14,269 nt of DNA from Thermotogota bacterium (GCA_039679545.1 JBDKUT010000101.1:1-14269); one strand, 5' to 3'; positions 7,754 to 14,269 are shown, counted from the stretch's first letter. The notes: a model not told the origin generated them from the letters alone. Translations and numbers: made by a program.

Positions 7754-8514
7754 CACAGCGTTCCTCCCAGGAGCAGCGCTAGGATCTCCCCTCGCCGACG
7801 CATGAACGCCAGATCCGTGCGCGACCGCGGACGCGGCAGGTCCTCGAAGCGCCACTCGGACAGCACGCGAGCCGGACGTGGAGTCAAGACGACGAGCCGA
7901 TCCGAGAGGACGACGGCCTCTTCCACATCGTGCGTGACGAGGACGATGGTCTTCCGAAGCTCGCTCCACACGGCGAGAAGCCAGTCCTGCATCGTCGCGC
8001 GCGTCAGCGGATCGAGCGCGCCGAGCGGCTCGTCGAGCAAGAGGATCGAACGCCCGGAGAGGAACGTCCGCATCAGGGCGACCCGTTGCTGCATGCCTCC
8101 AGAAAGCTGCCAAGGGTACGTCGCCTCGAACCCGGAGAGGCCGAACCGTTCGAAGAGGCGCGTCGCCTCCGCGAGCGCCGTAGCCCGCGGGATGCCGGCG
8201 ATCTCCGAGGCGAGGACCGCGTTGTCGACGGCTCTTCTCCACGGCAGGAGCGTGTCCGATTGCGGAAGAAGCGCCGATGCGCCTAAGCGCCCGCTGCGCA
8301 CGCCGTTCACGAGGGCGGTCCCGCCGTCCGGCTCGAGGAGCCCGGCGATGATTCGCAGGAGCGTCGTCTTCCCGCACCCGGAGGGCCCAACAAGAGTAAC
8401 CCAGTCCCCATCACTCGCGGAGAAGGACACGCTGTTGAGGACGTCGAGGCGAGCGCCCGGCACGTCGAACGTCTTCTTCACCGAGTCGACCTCAAGAACG
8501 AGCGGCACGCTCAC
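7753..8514 (-). CDS. ABC transporter ATP-binding protein, NitT/TauT (ThiZ-like) family
   Basis: Walker A GPSGCGKT, signature LSGGMQQR, Walker B LLLDEP and VTHDVEEA. The probable start is GTG 8514, with GGAGGG 7 nt upstream. Confidence 0.92.
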   Translation of the reverse strand: MSVPLVLEVDSVKKTFDVPGARLDVLNSVSFSASDGDWVTLVGPSGCGKTTLLRIIAGLLEPDGGTALVNGVRSGRLGASALLPQSDTLLPWRRAVDNAVLASEIAGIPRATALAEATRLFERFGLSGFEATYPWQLSGGMQQRVALMRTFLSGRSILLLDEPLGALDPLTRATMQDWLLAVWSELRKTIVLVTHDVEEAVVLSDRLVVLTPRPARVLSEWRFEDLPRPRSRTDLAFMRRRGEILALLLGGTL

Positions 8515-8548
8515 CTCATGTCCCTCCGTACGCACTGTATGACTCTCG

Positions 8549-8554
8549 ATTCTA
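8549..8554 (-). promoter_or_regulatory. Candidate -10 element for the ThiXYZ-like/tdk operon
   Basis: TAGAAT on the minus strand, about 35 nt upstream of GTG 8514. No convincing -35 element. Confidence 0.35.
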
Positions 8555-8571
8555 GCGACTTCGCACCCGTG

Positions 8572-8600
8572 TTGGCCGAGGGCGGAGCCGCTGCTATACT
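8572..8600 (+). promoter_or_regulatory. sigma70 promoter with extended -10 for the CUT1 ABC/nuclease operon
   Basis: TTGGCC (8572-8577), 17 bp, TATACT (8595-8600), with TG at 8592-8593. Confidence 0.7.
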
Positions 8601-8609
8601 AGCTGCCCC

Positions 8610-9488
8610 ATGGCCGGCCCCGGGCAAGAGCAATCGCTAGTCACGACCCGAACGGAGTCGTACTACATCGCACGGCGTCGTGCCTATCGGGTCCTCCTCT
8701 ACGTAATCCTATTCGCCGGGTGCGCCATCATGCTGCTTCCGTTCTTCTGGATGCTCACGACGTCGTTCAAGACGGAGCTCGAGGCGATGCGGATGCCGCC
8801 CCAATGGATCCCGGGCAAGTGGCTGTGGCAGAACTACCCCGCGGCGCTCGCCCGAGCGCCCTTCGGCCGCTACTTCTTCAACAGCTTCTTCGTGTCGATC
8901 CTGTCGACGATCGGCGAGGTGTTCACCACGGTTCTGGCGGCATATGCGTTCGCGAAGATGAAGTTCTTCGGCAAGAACTTCCTCTTCGCACTCCTCCTCG
9001 GCACGATGATGATTCCTGGGGAGATGCTCCTCATTCCGAATTACGTCACGCTCGTACGGCTGAACTGGTTCGACCACTACGAGGGGCTGATCATCCCGTG
9101 GCTCGCCTCGGTGTTCGGGATCTTCCTGTTGCGCCAGTTCTTCCGATCCCTTCCCGACGAGCTGTGGGACTCGGCGCGCATCGACGGGTGTCGCCGGTTC
9201 CGTTACCTGTGGACGGTGATCGTCCCGCTCTCGAAGCCGGCGATCCTCACCGTGGCCCTGCTCAAGTTCCTCGGCAGCTGGAACGCCTACCAATGGGTCC
9301 TCTTGATGACAAATGCCCAGTCGATGAGGACGGTCCCCGTCGGGTTGACGATGTTCAGCTCGGACATCGGCACGGAATACCAACTCCTGATGGCGGCATC
9401 CGTCGTGGCCATCGTGCCGATCCTGATTCTTTTCTTCTTCACACAGAAGCAGTTCATCCAGGGCGTCGCCCGGACGGGGATCAAGTGA
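8610..9488 (+). CDS. Carbohydrate (CUT1) ABC permease, MalG/UgpE type
   Basis: LLPFFWMLTTSFKT, W.NY, YFFNS, LAAYAFAK, MMIP...L.IP.Y, EAA loop FLLRQFF.SLPDELWDSARIDG, and QKQFIQGV. Confidence 0.93.
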   Translation: MAGPGQEQSLVTTRTESYYIARRRAYRVLLYVILFAGCAIMLLPFFWMLTTSFKTELEAMRMPPQWIPGKWLWQNYPAALARAPFGRYFFNSFFVSILSTIGEVFTTVLAAYAFAKMKFFGKNFLFALLLGTMMIPGEMLLIPNYVTLVRLNWFDHYEGLIIPWLASVFGIFLLRQFFRSLPDELWDSARIDGCRRFRYLWTVIVPLSKPAILTVALLKFLGSWNAYQWVLLMTNAQSMRTVPVGLTMFSSDIGTEYQLLMAASVVAIVPILILFFFTQKQFIQGVARTGIK

Positions 9489-9589
9489 TGGCTTGTGAGT
9501 GCAAGGTAAGGAGGTGGTCGGCCTTCGGAGAGAGAGCACCTTCGTCGCAAGGCTGATCCGGCGGAAACACAAGGCAACAAGGAGGCAAT

Positions 9590-10810
9590 ATGCTGCGCAA
9601 ACTGATGTTGGTTGGGCTCGCGGCGGTCATGCTGTTCGGAATGGCGGCGATCGCGCAGGAGCCCGTAACGATCGAGTTTTGGCACGCGATGAGTTCGGGA
9701 CATCAACCGAACCTTCAGAAGCTCGTCGACGACTTCAAGGTCGCGTACCCGTATATCACGGTGAACCTCATCTACCAGGGAAGCTACGGCGCGCTGCAGG
9801 GCAAGATCGACGCCGCCGTTGTCGCGAAGAACCTTCCGGCCATCGCTCAGGTGTACGAGAACTGGGTGACCCCGATTGCTTCCATCCTCTACCCGATCGG
9901 CAACTTCATGACCGACGCGGAGAAGGCGGACATCATCGACGGCCTCGTCCCGAGCAATACCTACAACGGCGTCCTGACGACGGTCCCGTTCAACAAGTCG
10001 ATCATGGTCATGTACTACAACAAGAGCCTCGTGACGACTCCGCCGACGACGTGGGCCGAGTTCCTCGAACTGGCGAAGACCCTCACCGTGGATACCGACG
10101 GCGACGGCAAGATCAACCAGTACGGCACGGCGTTCCGCCCGGCCGCGAACCCTGAGCAGTTCTTGATCTTCCTCGAGCAGGCCGGCGGCTCGATCCTGAA
10201 CGCCGACTGGACTGAGGTCACGCTGAACAACGACGCCGGCAAGGCCGCGGCGGAGTTCGTCGGCAGCCTCATCCCGTACTCGTACATCACGAGCGAGTAC
10301 ATGAGCGACCACATCAAGGACGCAGCGATGTTCGTCGACACGTCGGCCGGCATTGCCTACAACGTGAAGGCCGCGACGAACGCCGGCTTCGAGCTCGGCG
10401 TCGCGACGCTGCCCAAGGGTCCGGCGAACTTCAACTCGATGATCCAGGGCACGAACCTCGCCGTCTTCAACACGGAGAACCTGACGCAGGCGCAGAAGGA
10501 CGCGGCCGTCCTGCTTGCCAAGTTCCTGATTCGCCCGGAGAACACCGTATTCTGGGCGGAGAAGAGCGGCTATCAGCCGGTCACGAAGTCGGCGTACACC
10601 ACCCCGGAGTGGTTGAACTGGGTCGCGACGCACGACTACCAGACCCAGATGTCGACGCAGATGCTGAACTCGTTCTCGCAGATCCTCCACCCGAACTACG
10701 GCGACATGCGCAACGTGCTGTCGACCGGGTTCGACGAGATCATGCGGGGCGTCGTCCCACCGCTCGAGGGACTCGAGCAGATGGCGGAAGAGATCGAAGC
10801 ACTGCTCTAG
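9590..10810 (+). CDS. CUT1 ABC extracellular solute-binding protein (family 1, UgpB/MalE-like)
   Basis: Non-lipoprotein signal peptide (..MAAIA/QE), VTIEFWHAMS, YP.ITVNL.YQGSY, VPFNKS..VMYYNK, PTTWAE and WAEKSGYQPV. AAGGAGG SD. Confidence 0.93.
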   Translation: MLRKLMLVGLAAVMLFGMAAIAQEPVTIEFWHAMSSGHQPNLQKLVDDFKVAYPYITVNLIYQGSYGALQGKIDAAVVAKNLPAIAQVYENWVTPIASILYPIGNFMTDAEKADIIDGLVPSNTYNGVLTTVPFNKSIMVMYYNKSLVTTPPTTWAEFLELAKTLTVDTDGDGKINQYGTAFRPAANPEQFLIFLEQAGGSILNADWTEVTLNNDAGKAAAEFVGSLIPYSYITSEYMSDHIKDAAMFVDTSAGIAYNVKAATNAGFELGVATLPKGPANFNSMIQGTNLAVFNTENLTQAQKDAAVLLAKFLIRPENTVFWAEKSGYQPVTKSAYTTPEWLNWVATHDYQTQMSTQMLNSFSQILHPNYGDMRNVLSTGFDEIMRGVVPPLEGLEQMAEEIEALL

Positions 10811-10825
10811 ACGCCCGTTACGAAA

Positions 10826-10853
10826 GCGGGAGGGGCTTCGCGGTCCCTCCCGC
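10826..10853 (+). promoter_or_regulatory. Intercistronic stem-loop after the SBP gene (likely mRNA stabiliser or partial terminator)
   Basis: GCGGGAGGGG pairs with TCCCTCCCGC in a 10-bp stem (one G-U). There is no U-tract. Confidence 0.6.
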
Positions 10854-10909
10854 ATCATCCCCGGCGCGGGGCGGACAGAAGCAACGGAACAAGAGGGAAG
10901 AGACCCGAC

Positions 10910-11863
10910 GTGAAGAAGAGCAGGAAGGAAGGAAAGCCAAGGCGGATTCATCCGCTGCGCCTGCCGACCGACCGGAGCTACTGGCGGGAGACCCTGGCGG
11001 CCTACTGGTACCTTCTTCCCGCGTTCTTGATCCTCGGCGCGTTCGTCTTCTACCCGTTCTTCTCTGCCTTCAAGCTGAGCTTGTTCAAGTGGAGCTCGCT
11101 CAATCCGCCCGGCAGCTTCATCGGGTTCGAGAACTATCGGTACATCTTCCACGACAAGTACTTCTGGCGGGCCATGTGGCACACCTTCTACTACGTCGGG
11201 ATCACGGTGCCGGTGACTCTGACCCTCTCTATTCTCGTCGCGACGCTTCTCAACAAGGGCCTCCGCTGCCTTTCCTTCGCGCGGACGTCGTTCTTCCTCT
11301 CCTACATCAGCCCGGTCGTCGCCATGGCGATGGTGTGGCGATGGATGTACAACACGGACTATGGCCTCATCAACTACTTCCTCTCCTTCTTCCACATCGA
11401 CGCCATCGCCTGGCTCAACGACCCCCGCTACTCGCTCCCCGCGGTCATCCTGCTCAGCATCTGGCACTACGTCGGCTACCAGGCCATCATCCTGCTCGCG
11501 GGGATGCAAAGCATCGAGCAGCAGTACTACGACGCCGCCAAAGTCGACGGAGCTTCCGGCTTTCAGACCTGGTGGAAAGTGACGGTGCCGCTCCTCTCGC
11601 CCCAGATCTTCTTCGTCTTCATCATCTCGCTCATCGGGTCGTTCAAGGTCTTCACCGAGATCAACGTTCTGCTCAGCGGGCCTGGGCCGCTCCGTAGCGC
11701 GGAGACCCTCGTCTACTACATCATTCGCTCCTCGGGGCGCATCGACAACGCGACGAACCACATCGGTCGCGCCGCTGCGGCCTCCGTCGTTCTCTTCGGG
11801 ATCATCTTCCTCTTCACGATCATCCAACTCACGGTGACGCAGAAGCGCGTTCACTACGACTGA
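10910..11863 (+). CDS. Carbohydrate (CUT1) ABC permease, MalF/UgpA type
   Basis: YLLPAFLIL..FVFYP, FIGFENY..IF.D..FW.A, W.WMYN.DYGLIN, and EAA loop LAGMQSI....YDAAKVDGA. Confidence 0.93.
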   Translation: MKKSRKEGKPRRIHPLRLPTDRSYWRETLAAYWYLLPAFLILGAFVFYPFFSAFKLSLFKWSSLNPPGSFIGFENYRYIFHDKYFWRAMWHTFYYVGITVPVTLTLSILVATLLNKGLRCLSFARTSFFLSYISPVVAMAMVWRWMYNTDYGLINYFLSFFHIDAIAWLNDPRYSLPAVILLSIWHYVGYQAIILLAGMQSIEQQYYDAAKVDGASGFQTWWKVTVPLLSPQIFFVFIISLIGSFKVFTEINVLLSGPGPLRSAETLVYYIIRSSGRIDNATNHIGRAAAASVVLFGIIFLFTIIQLTVTQKRVHYD

Positions 11864-12648
11864 TGCGCCCGCGCGTCGTTCTCCTTCTCGCAGTCCTTGC
11901 GCTCGCCTCGGCCGTCGCCTCATGCCTGGCTCAGGTCGACGACCCCACGCAGATTCCGCTTGGAGGACGGGTGTACAAGATCGTGGATGGTGACACCGTC
12001 GTCCTGAAGGGCGGGGAGACCGTCCGCTACCTCAACATCGACACCCCCGAGGTCGGCCGCCCGTATGCCGACGAAGCCACGGCGCTCAATCGCAAGTTCG
12101 TCAAGTTCAAGGACGTCCGGCTCGAGATCGACGTCGAGGAGCGCGACATCTACGGGCGCCTGCTCGCCTACGTCTACGTCGAGACCGAGCAGGGCTGGGT
12201 CATGGTCAACCTCGAGCTTGTCCGTGCGGGGCTGGCGCGCCTGCTGTTCATTCCGCCAAACGGCAAGTACCGCGGAGCCTTCGAGGCAGCGCTAGAGGAC
12301 GCCATGATCCACCGCCGCGGCATCTGGGGCTCGACCGGAGGAGTCCTCAGTGTCGCCGACCTCGAAGCGAAGCTCGTCGAATACACGAACGAGGTTGTGA
12401 CCGTGCGGTTCGAGGTCGTGTCCATCGAAGCTGGTGAGGATGGCGAGACCCGCGTGGACGCCGCGCAGAGCCAATACGGGTTCCACGTGGTCTTCTCGCC
12501 GCTCTGCGAGCTCCCGGTGCTCGCCTCAGGAGATGGGCTTACGGTGACCGGGGAGCTTCGCTGCAAGCTTCGCGAAGGCCCGTACATCGAGATCACAAGC
12601 CTCGATCAGGTGCAGACCGATTCCCAGACCCTGCCGCCGACCGGCTAG
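11863..12648 (+). CDS. Exported thermonuclease (staphylococcal nuclease-like) with a probable C-terminal OB-fold domain
   Basis: Signal peptide, intact SNase catalytic motifs IVDGDT, VRYLNIDTPE, DIYGRLLAYVY, NLELVRAGLA and RRGIW. The beta-rich C-terminus is VTVRFEV..GDGLTVTGEL..PYIEI. TGATG overlap with the permease stop. Confidence 0.9.
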   Translation: MRPRVVLLLAVLALASAVASCLAQVDDPTQIPLGGRVYKIVDGDTVVLKGGETVRYLNIDTPEVGRPYADEATALNRKFVKFKDVRLEIDVEERDIYGRLLAYVYVETEQGWVMVNLELVRAGLARLLFIPPNGKYRGAFEAALEDAMIHRRGIWGSTGGVLSVADLEAKLVEYTNEVVTVRFEVVSIEAGEDGETRVDAAQSQYGFHVVFSPLCELPVLASGDGLTVTGELRCKLREGPYIEITSLDQVQTDSQTLPPTG

Positions 12649-12655
12649 GCTCCCC

Positions 12656-12689
12656 AAGAAAGAAGAACGGTGCGGGAATCCCCGCACCG
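12656..12689 (-). terminator. Intrinsic terminator downstream of tRNA-Glu (possibly bidirectional)
   Basis: Perfect 9-bp stem CGGTGCGGG/CCCGCACCG (12668-12689), followed on the minus strand by TTCTTCTTTCTT. It lies between the convergent nuclease and tRNA genes. Confidence 0.8.
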
Positions 12690-12699
12690 AGTCCTCTTG

Positions 12700-12772
12700 C
12701 GGTCCCGACGGGATTCGAACCCGTGTCTCCGGGATGAGAGCCCGACATCCTAGGCCGCTAGACGACGGGACC
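12700..12772 (-). tRNA. tRNA-Glu (anticodon CTC), CCA not encoded
   Basis: GGTCCCG..CGGGACC acceptor stem, GTCTAGCGGCCTAGGAT D-arm, TCGGG-CTCTCAT-CCCGG anticodon arm and ACGGG-TTCGAAT-CCCGT T-arm. Confidence 0.96.
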
Positions 12773-12785
12773 GAGCTACAGAACG

Positions 12786-12814
12786 ATTATCTCGAAACGC
12801 CGAGGCGACATCAA
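12786..12814 (-). promoter_or_regulatory. sigma70 promoter for tRNA-Glu
   Basis: TTGATG (12814-12809), 17 bp, GATAAT (12791-12786), 13 nt upstream of the tRNA 5' end. Confidence 0.65.
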
Positions 12815-12835
12815 CCCGCCTGGGCGTCGGCCGTT

Positions 12836-13156
12836 CTACTTCTTCGCCGCGGGTCGCTTCTCGGGCTCCGGCGTGGGTTGCTTGCCGGTCCCCGGTGCCG
12901 CCGTCCGCTTATCGACCTCGGCCTTGGCCGCGCCGAGCGCATCGAGCAGCTCCCCGTACAGCTCGACGGGAACTGCGATCCCCTTCCGCGTTGGAAGCCA
13001 CTGGCCGTCGTCCGACTCGTAGAAGTTGCGGACGTCGATGTAGTCGCGATCCTTGAAGTGCGACACGCGGATGTGAATCCGTCCCCCGAGGCCCTTGTCG
13101 ATGACTCGAACGAGAACCTCATCGCCCGTTTCTGGTTGCTCCGCTCGCTCCGCCAT
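12836..13156 (-). CDS. PC4/p15 (YdbC-like) single-stranded nucleic-acid-binding protein
   Basis: PC4 motif IRVSHFKDRDYIDVRNFY....GQWLPTRKGIAVP.E. ATG 13156 is preceded by AAAGGGG. The tail is rich in Pro, Lys and Ala. Confidence 0.88.
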   Translation of the reverse strand: MAERAEQPETGDEVLVRVIDKGLGGRIHIRVSHFKDRDYIDVRNFYESDDGQWLPTRKGIAVPVELYGELLDALGAAKAEVDKRTAAPGTGKQPTPEPEKRPAAKK

Positions 13157-13220
13157 GAAGACCCCTTTCACTGAGTTTCTCGGATATCTAAGGATAGCGA
13201 ACCGAAGGACACAAGAGAAG

Positions 13221-13294
13221 TGGGCCTGCCTGGACTCGAACCAGGGACCTCCCGCTTATCAGGCGAGCGCTCTAACCAGCTGAGCTACAGACCC
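13221..13294 (-). tRNA. tRNA-Ile (anticodon GAT), CCA not encoded
   Basis: GGGTCTG..CAGGCCC-A acceptor stem, GCTCAGCTGGTTAGAGC D-arm, CTCGC-CTGATAA-GCGGG anticodon arm and CCTGG-TTCGAGT-CCAGG T-arm. Confidence 0.96.
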
Positions 13295-13309
13295 TCGAGA
13301 AACGCGGCA

Positions 13310-13338
13310 ATGGTATCGGTCGTCTTCCGCGCTGTCAA
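13310..13338 (-). promoter_or_regulatory. Strong sigma70 promoter for tRNA-Ile (and possibly the PC4 gene)
   Basis: Perfect TTGACA (13338-13333), 17 bp, TACCAT (13315-13310), followed by a GC-rich discriminator (TGCCGC). Confidence 0.8.
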
Positions 13339-13376
13339 GCATCGGGACGCGGAAAGCGCAGACTGGAACCGGGACA

Positions 13377-14269
13377 TCAACCTTCGGATTCTTCGTCCGC
13401 CGCGTGGGACCGCAAGGCGTCGATGAGCGCGTCGATGTTCCCTTCCATGACGCTCGGCAGGTCGTACAGGCTGAGGCCGATCCGGTGGTCCGTGAGCCGG
13501 CTCTGCGGGAAATTGTACGTACGGATCTTCTCGCTTCGGTCTCCGGTTCCAATGAAGCTCCGGCGGGTGGCGGTCAGCTTGTCGTGCTTCTCTTGCTCGA
13601 ACTTGTCGCGGAGCCGGGCTCGCAAGACGCGCATCGCTTGGGCGCGGTTCTTCATCTGAGACTTCTCGTCTTGGCAGCTCACGACCACTCCGGTCGGGAT
13701 GTGGGTGATCCGGACCGCGGAGTCGGTCGTGTTCACGCTCTGGCCTCCCGGCCCCGTCGAGCGGAACGTGTCGATCCGAAGGTCGTTCGGATCGATCTCG
13801 AACTCGACTTCCTCGGTCTCGGGGAGGACGACGACGCTTGCGGTCGACGTGTGGATACGGCCCTGCGCCTCCGTCTCCGGCACCCGCTGCACGCGGTGAA
13901 CCCCGGACTCGTAGCGAAGGAGGCCGTAGGCCCCTTTCCCCTCAACGGAGAACGTCAGCTGCTTGAAGCCACCGAGCGCCGTGGCGTGGCTGTCGAGGAG
14001 CGAGACCTTCATCCGCATCTTCTCGGCGTATCGGGCATACATCCGGAAGAGGTCGGCGGCGAACAGGCTCGACTCGTCGCCGCCGGTGCCGGCGCGGATC
14101 TCGACGATCGCGTTCTTCTCGTCATCCGGGTCGGGCGGCGCAAGAAGGCGCCGGAACCCGACCGCGAGCTCCTCGAGCTGCACCCGGTCGCCCTCGATCG
14201 CCTGGTCCAGCTCGGCCCGCAGCTCCTCGTCGGACTCGCGCAGCTCCTCCATCTCCTGGATCGATGTCT
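13377..14269 (-). CDS. prfA: Peptide chain release factor 1 (5' end lies outside the window)
   Basis: [24 protein letters not shown] (the RF1-specific PxT motif), [18 protein letters not shown] and [20 protein letters not shown]. Confidence 0.97.
   Translation of the reverse strand, partial: TSIQEMEELRESDEELRAELDQAIEGDRVQLEELAVGFRRLLAPPDPDDEKNAIVEIRAGTGGDESSLFAADLFRMYARYAEKMRMKVSLLDSHATALGGFKQLTFSVEGKGAYGLLRYESGVHRVQRVPETEAQGRIHTSTASVVVLPETEEVEFEIDPNDLRIDTFRSTGPGGQSVNTTDSAVRITHIPTGVVVSCQDEKSQMKNRAQAMRVLRARLRDKFEQEKHDKLTATRRSFIGTGDRSEKIRTYNFPQSRLTDHRIGLSLYDLPSVMEGNIDALIDALRSHAADEESEG

Noticed and set aside
7754..8377. N-terminal extension making the permease 460 aa
   Set aside because: It overlaps the ATPase in another frame. 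Permease homology begins at ATG 7753, where there is a TGATG coupling.
2757..8542. Long plus-strand ORFs (2757-4292, 6872-8542) and many Arg/Pro-rich alternative-frame ORFs
   Set aside because: They overlap well-supported genes and have the low-information composition typical of high-GC shadow frames.
8515..8609. TPP riboswitch upstream of the ThiXYZ-like operon
   Set aside because: The region is too short and lacks the conserved TPP aptamer motifs.
9287..11923. 878-aa ORF on the minus strand
   Set aside because: It is the antisense shadow of the SBP and permease genes. Strong GC3 codon bias removes stops on the opposite strand, and there are no recognisable motifs.
13221..13294. Functional link between tilS and this tRNA-Ile
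   Set aside because: TilS modifies tRNA-Ile2 (CAT anticodon), whereas this tRNA has GAT.
12650..13376. Integrative element or prophage at the tRNA genes
   Set aside because: There is no integrase, no duplicated tRNA 3' end and no evident compositional shift.

Overview
High-GC (roughly two-thirds GC by eye) bacterial chromosomal segment made up mostly of core and housekeeping genes. No transposase, integrase, CRISPR array or prophage was seen. Order: 3' part of tilS coupled to rseP (+); a convergent recA-recX-ispF operon (-); a class III nucleotide cyclase (-) transcribed divergently from a stand-alone cNMP-binding protein (+); an NMT1/THI5 (ThiXYZ-like) ABC importer coupled to thymidine kinase (-); a divergent CUT1 (sugar/glycerol-3-phosphate-type) ABC importer with no ATPase gene, coupled to an exported thermonuclease (+); tRNA-Glu(CTC), a PC4-family ssDNA-binding protein, tRNA-Ile(GAT) and the 3' part of prfA (-). 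Several sigma70-like promoters with 17-bp spacers are visible. The most interesting observations are: (1) a possible nucleic-acid scavenging locus (exported nuclease, two importers and Tdk around one divergent intergenic region); (2) a cyclase with a PH-like C-terminal domain paired with an HTH-less cNMP receptor; (3) a RecA that has lost most secondary DNA-binding-site arginines and has a remodelled L2 loop; (4) a structured spacer with an orphan perfect Shine-Dalgarno ahead of the solute-binding protein gene. The non-lipidated binding proteins suggest a diderm host. Bipolaricaulota/Acetothermia is only an impression and was not tested.
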